The translations under genes were made by a program, and so were the position numbers. The notes under the pieces are model-generated. The model was not told the origin of the DNA, did not search any database, and saw only the letters and a list, made by a program, of their open reading frames with translations. Below are positions 24,652 to 31,336 of a stretch of 34,272 bases of DNA, one piece after another (positions within the stretch are counted from its first letter, which is position 1; each line of letters begins with the position of its first letter). The stretch is taken from positions 19,463 through 53,734 of the forward strand of contig VAXY01000013.1 in NCBI GenBank assembly GCA_005885085.1, written 5' to 3'. Source of the stretch: Actinomycetota bacterium. GTDB lineage: Bacteria; Actinomycetota; Thermoleophilia; Gaiellales; Gaiellaceae.

Positions 24652-25254
24652 ATGGAGGAGCTGCTGTCGCCGGAGGACGCCCGGCTCGTCGAAGGTTTGC
24701 GCAACGGCGACGAGGCGGCGTTCCGAGGGGTGATGCGCGAGTACGGCAGCGCGATGCTCCGCGTCGCGCAGATGTACGTCTCGAGCCGAGCCGTTGCCGA
24801 GGAGGTCGTCCAGGAAGCGTGGCTCGGTGTGCTGAAGGGGATCGGCAGGTTCGAGGGCCGTTCGTCGCTGAAGACGTGGCTCTTCCGGATCGTCGCGAAC
24901 ACGGCGAAGACGCGCGGTGTGCGCGAGGCGCGGAGCATCCCGTTCTCGGCTCTCGGCGACGACGAGGACGCGGTCGACCCGGATCGCTTTCTCGGCCCGG
25001 AAGAGCGGTTTCCCGGACACTGGGCGCAGCCTCCCGAGGGCCGCGTGCTCGGGGCCGAGGCGATGCATGTGATCGAGCGGGCGATCGAACGGCTTCCGCC
25101 GGCGCAGCGCACCGTGATCACGCTCCGCGATCTCCACGGGCTCAGCGCGGAGGAGGTCCGTAACGCTCTCGACCTCACCGAGACCAATCAACGGGTGTTG
25201 TTGCACCGCGCACGAGCGAAGGTGCGAAGCGCTCTCGAGGAGTACATGAGATGA
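24652..25254 (+). CDS. ECF-family RNA polymerase sigma factor
   Basis: ATG 24652. Region 2 (EEVVQEAWLGVLKGIGRFEGRSSLKTWLFRIVAN) and region 4 (LPPAQRTVITLRDLHGLSAEEVRNALDLTETNQRVLLHRARAKV). Confidence 0.85.
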   Translation: MEELLSPEDARLVEGLRNGDEAAFRGVMREYGSAMLRVAQMYVSSRAVAEEVVQEAWLGVLKGIGRFEGRSSLKTWLFRIVANTAKTRGVREARSIPFSALGDDEDAVDPDRFLGPEERFPGHWAQPPEGRVLGAEAMHVIERAIERLPPAQRTVITLRDLHGLSAEEVRNALDLTETNQRVLLHRARAKVRSALEEYMR

Positions 25255-25499
25255 GGCTGGACCGAGAACTTGCGTGCCGGGACATCGTCGAGCTGGTGAC
25301 GGGGTATCTCGAGCATGCTCTCCCACCCGGCGACCGCGAGCGCTTCGAGGAGCATCTCGTCTTCTGCGACGGCTGCGGCACGTACCTCGACCAGATGCGC
25401 GCGACGATCGCGGCGACCGGCCGGCTCGAGCCGGCTGCGCTTCCGGCGGAGCTGGAGGCCCGCTTGCTGGAGGCGTTCCGCGGGTGGCGCCCGGCGTGA
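25251..25499 (+). CDS. Zinc-finger (zf-HC2/ZAS) anti-sigma factor, soluble, 82 aa
   Basis: ATGA overlap with the sigma gene. H-LVF-C-DG-C matches HxxxCxxC, with an upstream Cys. Confidence 0.75.
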   Translation: MRLDRELACRDIVELVTGYLEHALPPGDRERFEEHLVFCDGCGTYLDQMRATIAATGRLEPAALPAELEARLLEAFRGWRPA

Positions 25500-26005
25500 T
25501 CGCCTACAAGTTCCTCGACGACGGTGCCGCCGGGCCGTTCACGGGCTTTCGCTGGCCGGTCGGCGAGTGGGTCGACGCCGGAGGCGTGGACCCGTGCCTC
25601 GAGGGGATCCATGCCTGCCGTCTCCGTGATCTCCCCGTCTGGATCGGCCGCGAGCTGTGGGAAATCGAGCTCGACGGCGCACTGGTCGAACAGGCGCGGA
25701 AGGTCGTCGCCCCGCGCGGCCGGCTGACGCGGCGGATCGACGCGTGGAACGGACAGGTCGCGCGTGAGTTCGGTCGCTTCTGTGCGCGCCGGACACGCGA
25801 GCGGGTCGGGTATGTGCCCGTCCTGGCCGGTTTCGTCGCGGACGTCGAGCGCTTCGTGGCCGCAGATCGCATCCCTATCGCCGGGTTTGCCGCGGCGCGC
25901 GCGGCGGAGCTTCGGGACGGGCCGGCCGCGTACGAGGAGGAACGCCTCGCCCAGGCGAACTGGCTAGCCGAGCGGCTCGGGCTCAAGGCCGGCGACCCCG
26001 GCTGA
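25496..26005 (+). CDS. Conserved hypothetical protein (169 aa) translationally coupled to the anti-sigma factor
   Basis: GTG 25496 forms a GTGA overlap. Sequence is YKFLDDGAAGPFTGFRWPVGEWV...CLEGIHACRLRDLPVW...ELWEIEL. Family not recognised. Confidence 0.6.
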   Translation: MIAYKFLDDGAAGPFTGFRWPVGEWVDAGGVDPCLEGIHACRLRDLPVWIGRELWEIELDGALVEQARKVVAPRGRLTRRIDAWNGQVAREFGRFCARRTRERVGYVPVLAGFVADVERFVAADRIPIAGFAAARAAELRDGPAAYEEERLAQANWLAERLGLKAGDPG

Positions 26006-27178
26006 GCCTTCGTGCAGAAGCGTCAGTGCGGCCAGCGGGAAGAGGAGCACGGACAGCAGGCCAGCCGCCACGAGAGCCGCGCCCGTGGCCTGGCTGATCA
26101 GTCCGAGCTCCATCCCGATCTGTCCGGCGACGACGAGAAAGCTCAGTGACGTCGCCTGAAGCAGCGCCGCGGCAGCCGTTCTCCGTTCGCCGAGCGTGCG
26201 GCGGTAGAGGAGAGCGGGCACGCCCCTCGCGGCCAGCAGCGCGACGACGAAGATCGGCACTCGCGCAATCGTCGACCCGCTCGCGAACAGCGCGTCGAGG
26301 TTGAAGCGCACGCCGCTCGTGACGAAGAAGAACGGGACGAAGACGCCGAAGCCAGCCGCTTCGAGCTTCCGGCGAAACTGGGGGTGCGTCATCGCGCGAT
26401 CGGTGTCGACCAGCTTGAGCACCGCTCCCGCGACGAAGGCGCCGAGGATGGCCTCGAGCCCGAGCTTCTCGGCGAGGACGACGAACGCCGTCAGCAGCAC
26501 GAACGCTCCACGCACCCGGATCTGCGCGGTGGTGTCCTGGAGCCGCACCAGCGCCTTCGAGATGCGCATCGACCGTTGCGCCTGCAGGACAGCGATCCCG
26601 ATTGCGCCGACGAGCGCAGCGAAGCCGCCGAGGAGAACGAGTTTGGCGCCGACGCCACTCGACTCCTGCGAGAAGAACAGCGACAACAGCACGATCGTCG
26701 CGACGTCGGCGATCGACGCGGCCGCGATCACGAGCTGCCCGAACTGCGTCGACGCCTCGCCGCTGTCTTTCAGCACGGGGATCACGACGCCGAGCGATGT
26801 CGCCGACAGCATGATCGCGAGCAGCAGAGGCGCGCCGGTGAGCCCTGCGGCGTCGAGAATCAGGCCCACGGCGAGCGCGATCCCGAACGACAGCGCGAAA
26901 CCGGCCGCCGTGAGTCGGAGCAGCTGGCCGCGCAGCATGTCGAACTCCACCTCGAGGCCCGCCAACAGGAGCAGGAACGCGAGCCCGAGCAGCGAGAGCA
27001 CCTCGACCGGCGGATCGACGTGCACCCAGCCGAGCACCGAGGGGCCGACGACGATGCCGAGCACGATCTCGAGCACGACCGACGGGAGCCGCAACGCCGG
27101 GGCGAGTCCCAACGCGAGCGGCGCCGCGAAGGCGACGGCCGCGACGATCGCCAGGCTCGTGAACGAGAGATGCACCAC
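25964..27178 (-). CDS. Cation:proton antiporter (CPA2/Kef-type Na+/H+ exchanger family)
   Basis: 404 aa with about 12 TM helices and the Na_H_Exchanger pattern (VVLEIVLGIVVGPSVLGW...). No KTN/RCK domain. Confidence 0.85.
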   Translation of the reverse strand: MVHLSFTSLAIVAAVAFAAPLALGLAPALRLPSVVLEIVLGIVVGPSVLGWVHVDPPVEVLSLLGLAFLLLLAGLEVEFDMLRGQLLRLTAAGFALSFGIALAVGLILDAAGLTGAPLLLAIMLSATSLGVVIPVLKDSGEASTQFGQLVIAAASIADVATIVLLSLFFSQESSGVGAKLVLLGGFAALVGAIGIAVLQAQRSMRISKALVRLQDTTAQIRVRGAFVLLTAFVVLAEKLGLEAILGAFVAGAVLKLVDTDRAMTHPQFRRKLEAAGFGVFVPFFFVTSGVRFNLDALFASGSTIARVPIFVVALLAARGVPALLYRRTLGERRTAAAALLQATSLSFLVVAGQIGMELGLISQATGAALVAAGLLSVLLFPLAALTLLHEGSAGVAGLEPEPLG

Positions 27179-27211
27179 CGTAAGGTGTGACAGTGGGTGT
27201 TCGCCGTTACA

Positions 27212-27240
27212 AGACTTAGTGGCTCAGAGCCACTAAGTCT
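27212..27240. repeat. Perfect palindrome aGACTTAGTGGCTC-A-GAGCCACTAAGTCt (14-bp arms), copy 1
   Basis: Seen directly. Lies in the divergent intergenic region between the CPA2 gene (start 27178) and the ligase cassette. About 48% GC in a roughly 70% GC context. Confidence 0.9.
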
Positions 27241-27258
27241 GGCTCAAGGGCGGGCTTG

Positions 27259-27309
27259 CGGCGCCCGACCAGAGAGGCCGCGACGGCTTTGCCGGCGGGC
27301 GCCGTTTTT
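27259..27309 (+). terminator. Intrinsic-terminator-like hairpin (9-bp GC stem CGGCGCCCG/CGGGCGCCG) followed by TTTTT, with no upstream plus-strand gene
   Basis: The stem pairs 27259-27267 with 27296-27304, and T5 runs 27305-27309. An outer pairing CTCAAGG/CCTTGAG (27243-27249 / 27310-27316) encloses it. Confidence 0.35.
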
Positions 27310-27322
27310 CCTTGAGTTCGTC

Positions 27323-27351
27323 GCAGATGAGCTCAAGGGCCCGGGCGGGCG
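27323..27351 (-). repeat. Partial, inverted copy of the 21469-21506 repeat segment (GCAGATG..AGCTCAAGGGCCCGGGCGGGCG)
   Basis: Aligned by eye to the reverse complement of 21469-21506: about 27 of 31 positions match, with a 3-nt gap and a 1-nt insertion. Confidence 0.5.
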
Positions 27352-27427
27352 CGGCTAGACGCGCCCACGTCCGACCCGACTGCGGCTGCGGACCGGACTA
27401 CCCGGACCCCGGTCCTAGAGTGCCCGA

Positions 27428-27754
27428 TTGCGGAGGTTTCTGACGGGTAGCCTGATTCCCGTGGAGCAGGGCGGAATCGAGCTGATCCAAGCCGAACAGC
27501 TCTGGCAAGACGACGACGCGGCAGACCACGGTGGCAACGGCTGCACTTTCGTCGCGGATTTCATGACCGCCGCCCACCTGATCCTGGTGTGGGAGCAGCG
27601 GGACGATCCGAATCTTCTTCACCATGCGCAGCGCGCCAAGGAGGTTGGGCGCAACCCACGGATCGAGGCGTACGCGAGCCAGTACGGCCCGAGCGCCTCG
27701 TACTACGCGTGGGAGGCGGCGGGGGGCCCGGTTCACGGCGTTCGCGCTCGGTGA
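27428..27754 (+). CDS. Hypothetical protein (up to 108 aa; start TTG 27428 or GTG 27461)
   Basis: High GC3 (about 80% by eye) and non-shadow composition. Its stop TGA overlaps the GTG start of the downstream ligase (GTGA). Family not recognised. Confidence 0.55.
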   Translation: MRRFLTGSLIPVEQGGIELIQAEQLWQDDDAADHGGNGCTFVADFMTAAHLILVWEQRDDPNLLHHAQRAKEVGRNPRIEAYASQYGPSASYYAWEAAGGPVHGVRAR

Positions 27755-28794
27755 TCGAGCAGAACTTCGGACGCTCCTTGACGCTTGGGGTCGAGGAGGA
27801 GCTGATGATCCTCGACGCGGAGACGCATGCCCAGAAGGCGGCGAGTCACGAGCTGATCCCGGCGGTGGAAGTGCCGCGTGGTGCCGTGAAGACGGAGCTG
27901 TTCCAATCCGTGATCGAGCTCAACACGGACGTCTGCGACTCACCGGCCGACGCCGCGGAGGTCCTGAGTAGCCTGCGGCGTAGCACGACGGACGCTGCGC
28001 AACGGTTGGGCTACGTGATCGCGGCGGGTGGGTCGCATCCGTTCGACACCGTGTCCGAGCAGCCGATCGCGGACAACCCCCACTACAGGAAGTTCGTCGA
28101 CTACGCGGGCCGGGCAGCGAGGCGCCAAGGCGTGAGCGGGCTGCACGTGCATGTCGGCATGCCTGATGCGGATTCATGTCTCCGGGTGCTGGAGCTCGTT
28201 CTGCCCTGGCTCCCGCTCGTGCTGGCGCTCTCCGCGAATTCGCCGTGGTTCGAACGCGAACGCACCGGGCTGAAGTCGACACGCGCCGAGATCCTCGGGT
28301 TGCTGCCGCGACACGGCGCGCCTCCGCATTTCGGTTCGTGGCACGAATGGGAAGAGCTGGTCGACACCTTCGTCCGTTCAGGCGTGGCGAGCGGGTACAC
28401 GGCTCTGCACTGGGACATTCGCCCGCATCCGACGCTGGGGACACTCGAGATCCGGGTTCCGGATCAGCCCACGTCGCTGATCACGACCACCCGCTTTGTC
28501 GACCTGTTGCACGCGCTCTGTCGGTGGGCGCTCGACGAGACCGCGCGCAAGCCGCTTTCGAGGGCGATCTACGAGCAGAATCGCTGGGCAGCGTCGACCT
28601 ACGGCCCGGGAGCGGAGCTGATCGATCCGGACGATGCCCGGGCCGCGAGCGTTCCGGATCTCTACCGGGAGCTCGTCGGCATGATCGGCCACGATCCGAA
28701 CCTCGACCCGACCGTCTGCGAGGCCGACCGGCAACTCGAGTTCGAGCGGCCGGAGGAGGCGACGGCGGACCTGGTCGAGCGCTCGATAGCCTGA
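27751..28794 (+). CDS. ybdK: Carboxylate-amine ligase, glutamate-cysteine ligase family 2 (YbdK-like)
   Basis: GTG 27751. LTLGVEEELMILD, KTELFQSVIELNT, GLHVHVGMPD and SANSPWF...TGLKSTR are GCS2/YbdK family motifs. 347 aa. Confidence 0.85.
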   Translation: MIEQNFGRSLTLGVEEELMILDAETHAQKAASHELIPAVEVPRGAVKTELFQSVIELNTDVCDSPADAAEVLSSLRRSTTDAAQRLGYVIAAGGSHPFDTVSEQPIADNPHYRKFVDYAGRAARRQGVSGLHVHVGMPDADSCLRVLELVLPWLPLVLALSANSPWFERERTGLKSTRAEILGLLPRHGAPPHFGSWHEWEELVDTFVRSGVASGYTALHWDIRPHPTLGTLEIRVPDQPTSLITTTRFVDLLHALCRWALDETARKPLSRAIYEQNRWAASTYGPGAELIDPDDARAASVPDLYRELVGMIGHDPNLDPTVCEADRQLEFERPEEATADLVERSIA

Positions 28795-28799
28795 CCGTC

Positions 28800-29021
28800 G
28801 TGCGTCGCGAGGAGACGATTCAGGTCAGCGGCATCCGCTGCGAGCGCTGCGTCCTGCGGCTCGGCAAGGTCCTCGAAGGGCACGACGGCCTGGAGACCGC
28901 GAACGCAAACCTGATCGGCGAGGTGTCACTCGCCTGGGACGACGAGCGAACGTCCCGCGAGGCGCTGCTGGAGGCGATGGCGCGCGGTGGCTTTCGGGAG
29001 TTAGTGGCTCAGAGCCACTAA
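28800..29021 (+). CDS. Heavy-metal-associated (HMA/CopZ-like) fold protein with a CxxC motif (CERC), 73 aa
   Basis: IQVSGIRCERCVLRLGKVLEGHDGLETANANLIGEVSLAWDD...LLEAMARGGF follows the beta-alpha-beta-beta-alpha-beta HMA pattern. GTG 28800 lies 5 nt after the ybdK stop. The last 7 codons and the stop lie in palindrome copy 2. Confidence 0.6.
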   Translation: MRREETIQVSGIRCERCVLRLGKVLEGHDGLETANANLIGEVSLAWDDERTSREALLEAMARGGFRELVAQSH

Positions 29022-29024
29022 GTC
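28998..29024. repeat. Palindrome GAGTTAGTGGCTC-A-GAGCCACTAAGTC, copy 2 (26/27 identical to copy 1)
   Basis: Seen directly. It contains the TAA stop of the HMA gene (29019-29021) and the TAG stop of the convergent small ORF (29020-29018). Confidence 0.9.
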
Positions 29025-29176
29025 CGTTCCGGCTCGCTTGCCTCTTTGATGCGGTTGCCGACGAGACCCGGCAGGGGCTCGTGGCCCTCGGGATCGCGGT
29101 TCTCCTCGTCCTCGCCCTGCTCGGCGGAGAGCTCCTCGCGAATCTCGGCGCGCCGCTGTTCGGTGTCCTTTTCCAT
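29018..29176 (-). CDS. Small acidic protein, 52 aa (below the ORF-track cutoff)
   Basis: ATG 29176 is preceded by GGAAAGGGG. Translation is MEKDTEQRRAEIREELSAEQGEDEENRDPEGHEPLPGLVGNRIKEASEPERT. About 84% G/C at third codon positions (counted by hand). Confidence 0.55.
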   Translation of the reverse strand: MEKDTEQRRAEIREELSAEQGEDEENRDPEGHEPLPGLVGNRIKEASEPERT

Positions 29177-29191
29177 CCCCTTTCCGTACCC

Positions 29192-29217
29192 GGAATGAGT
29201 GTGGATAACCGGACGTT
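29192..29217 (+). promoter_or_regulatory. SigR/SigH-type promoter GGAAT-N18-GTT upstream of the sigma gene
   Basis: GGAAT at 29192-29196, an exact 18-nt spacer, then GTT at 29215-29217. Lies 33 nt upstream of ATG 29250. Matches the published SigR/SigH consensus for autoregulation. Confidence 0.65.
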
Positions 29218-29249
29218 TATGCCAAGAACACCTTGCTAGGGTGGCCCGG

Positions 29250-29843
29250 ATGAGCGAGACGACTCGGGAGCCCGACGCTCGAAGACTGGCAGCTGATGCG
29301 CGCGACCGCGTGCGCTTCGAGGAGGACGCTCTTGCATTGTCGGATCAGGTCTATCGAGTCGCCCGCCATCTCGTCGGCTCCCGCGAGGAGGCGGAGGATC
29401 TGATGCAGGAGACGTACGCGCGCGCGTTCCGCAGCTGGCGTTCCTTTCAGCCTGGGACGAACCTGCGTGCTTGGCTCTTGCGGATCCTCACGAACCTGAA
29501 TATCGACCGGGGCCGCCGGCAGCAGCGCTCTCCCGACATGCAGCCGCTCGAAGAAGGCGACTACTTCCTCTACAACAAGCTCGAGGCGGCGGGCGACGGC
29601 ACAACCGGCGAGGAACAGGTCGTGGAGCGTCTGTCGCAGAATGACGTGGTCGCCGCGCTCTCGGAGGTGCCGCACGACTTTCGCGACGTCGTCGTGCTCG
29701 TCGACATCGGTGACTTCACCTACGCCGACGCCGCCCAGATCCTCGATATCCCGATCGGCACGGTGATGTCACGTCTGCACCGCGGTCGGCGTATCCTGAA
29801 ACAGGCCATGGCCGAGGCGGCGCTTGGAGGCGGAGCGGCGTGA
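29250..29843 (+). CDS. sigH: ECF sigma factor of the SigR/SigH (thiol-oxidative stress) type
   Basis: ATG 29250; an in-frame GTG at 29199 could give a longer isoform. Region 2 (EDLMQETYARAFRSWRSFQPGTNLRAWLLRILTN) and region 4 (YADAAQILDIPIGTVMSRLHRGR). Followed by an RsrA-type anti-sigma gene. Confidence 0.85.
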   Translation: MSETTREPDARRLAADARDRVRFEEDALALSDQVYRVARHLVGSREEAEDLMQETYARAFRSWRSFQPGTNLRAWLLRILTNLNIDRGRRQQRSPDMQPLEEGDYFLYNKLEAAGDGTTGEEQVVERLSQNDVVAALSEVPHDFRDVVVLVDIGDFTYADAAQILDIPIGTVMSRLHRGRRILKQAMAEAALGGGAA

Positions 29844-30079
29844 CCGCGTACGATCCATGCGCGCACTGCGAAGAGGTGATGCAGCCGTTCATGGACCGCG
29901 TGCTCACGGACGCGGAGCGCGCAGAGGCCGAAGCGCATCTGGACGAGTGCTCGTACTGTCGTAAGCGCTACCGCTTCGAGGAGTCGCTGCGGGTCTTCGT
30001 CCGGCAAGCCGTCGCATCCGAGCCGATGCCGGTCGACCTGAAAAGGAAGCTGCTCGACCTCAGGACCCCGCTGCAGTAA
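29840..30079 (+). CDS. rshA: RsrA/RshA-type redox-sensing ZAS anti-sigma factor
   Basis: GTGA overlap with the sigma gene. N-terminal CAHC plus H-LDE-C-SY-C (HxxxCxxC). 79 aa, no TM segment. Confidence 0.8.
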   Translation: MTAYDPCAHCEEVMQPFMDRVLTDAERAEAEAHLDECSYCRKRYRFEESLRVFVRQAVASEPMPVDLKRKLLDLRTPLQ

Positions 30080-30084
30080 GGCTG

Positions 30085-30097
30085 GGGGTCTGACCCC
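30085..30097. repeat. Single unit of the GGGGTCTGACCCC repeat
   Basis: Lies between the convergent ends of rshA (30079) and the HTH-LytR_C gene (30109). Confidence 0.8.
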
Positions 30098-30108
30098 TGT
30101 AGTTCGGT

Positions 30109-30804
30109 TTACTCGCCGGGTCCTCTCGCAGGACCGACGATGACAAAGAGCTGGCACGCCCCGCTGCCGCCGGGGAGGGGCTCTGTGGTGACGCCGAGCT
30201 GCTTCGCAAGCCGTAGGGCGACGCCCTCGCAGCGCGGCGGGAAGTAGACCGTCGTCTGCGGATACGAGAAGTTCGAAGCCCGGCCGACCTTCTTGATCGT
30301 GTAGCCGAATGCGCCGACGTGGCTTGCGACCTGACGCGTGTAGTTGATGTCGCCGCTGCCGTTCAGGACGGTCACCGCGATCCGCCACGGTGGCGGCAGG
30401 ATCGCGCCGCCGCTGCCCGAGGCGTGCTTGCCGCCGGAATGAGGGATCAGGAGCAGCGTTGCGAAGACCGCCAGCGCGAGCAACACGGCGCCGAGCACGA
30501 CGAGTCGGGGCAGCGGATCTCGCTGGACCGGCAACTGCGGAACCGGCAGGCCGGCGAGCTCTCGTGCCTCCCGGTTGTCGATTCCGAGCGCGCTCGCGTA
30601 GAGCACGGTTGCGGCGAGCGCGTCGTCCGGCCGCGGGAAGCGGTACACGCGTCCCTCCTCGAGCCAGCGCACCTCCTCCACGGAGATCCCGGCCCGCCGC
30701 GCCGTCTCCTCGACCGTCAGCTGCCGGTGCAGGCGCGCACGCGCGAGTGCTGACTCTTCGCCGGTCGGCTCGAGCGGCTCAACGAGCTCCATGCCGGTAG
30801 TCAT
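30109..30804 (-). CDS. HTH (XRE/RodZ-like) - TM - LytR_C domain protein (start ATG 30804, 30792 or 30846)
   Basis: LTVEETARRAGISVEEVRWLEEG forms the HTH, with a central TM helix (LVVLGAVLLALAVFATLLL). C-terminal VTVLNGSGDINYTRQVASHVGAFGYTIKKVG... is a LytR C-terminal domain. Confidence 0.7.
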   Translation of the reverse strand: MTTGMELVEPLEPTGEESALARARLHRQLTVEETARRAGISVEEVRWLEEGRVYRFPRPDDALAATVLYASALGIDNREARELAGLPVPQLPVQRDPLPRLVVLGAVLLALAVFATLLLIPHSGGKHASGSGGAILPPPWRIAVTVLNGSGDINYTRQVASHVGAFGYTIKKVGRASNFSYPQTTVYFPPRCEGVALRLAKQLGVTTEPLPGGSGACQLFVIVGPARGPGE

Positions 30805-31327
30805 TCTGCTCCTCCGTGCGGCCACCTTCAGCAACCTGATCGGCAAAATCGACGTCGCCTGGAGGGTCGAGGTCGTCGCAGGGCACCAACGCAGCCGGCA
30901 GCGCCCTCAGACCGGCGTCGGGGACGGCATCCCAGGCGTCGCGTGCCAGCAGCAGCGGATGGAGCCGCACGCCCCCGTACGTCGCCGCCACACGCTCGCC
31001 GGCGCCCCCACGCCAGGCCGCGATCACGCGATCGATCGCCCGTGGATCGACGTCCGGCCCGTCGCCGAGCACGACCACGGCGGCCTCGACCTCGTCGCCA
31101 AGCGCCGCGAGTCCGCAGCGGAGCGACGCACCGGGCCCGCGCTCCCACTCCCGACAGTGGACGACACGCGCGCTCGTCTCCACCTCGTGCGCGCCGAGCA
31201 CGGCCACGACCTCGTCGAGCGCGTGACTCTCGCGCACGCGCTCGACGACGGGCTCGAGCAGCACGGCCTGCTTCGGGGAGCCGAACCGCCTCGAGGCGCC
31301 GGCCGCGAGGACGATCGCCGAGATCAC
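30779..31327 (-). CDS. MobA/MocA-like nucleotidyltransferase (probable molybdenum cofactor cytidylyltransferase)
   Basis: GTG start. AIVLAAGASRRFGSPKQ matches the LAAGxSxRxG NTP-transferase motif. Located next to xanthine-dehydrogenase-family genes. Confidence 0.7.
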   Translation of the reverse strand: MISAIVLAAGASRRFGSPKQAVLLEPVVERVRESHALDEVVAVLGAHEVETSARVVHCREWERGPGASLRCGLAALGDEVEAAVVVLGDGPDVDPRAIDRVIAAWRGGAGERVAATYGGVRLHPLLLARDAWDAVPDAGLRALPAALVPCDDLDPPGDVDFADQVAEGGRTEEQNDYRHGAR

Positions 31328-31336
31328 GAGGTCAGG

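Noticed and set aside
27398-27736. 112-aa minus-strand ORF antisense to the 108-aa plus-strand ORF
   Set aside because: Its composition is Arg/Val/Leu-rich and shadow-like. The plus-strand ORF has better GC3 bias and a GTGA overlap with ybdK.
30424-30449. Second GGAAT-N17-GTT match on the plus strand
   Set aside because: It lies inside, and antisense to, the HTH-LytR_C coding sequence, with a 17-nt spacer and no downstream plus-strand gene. It is probably fortuitous.
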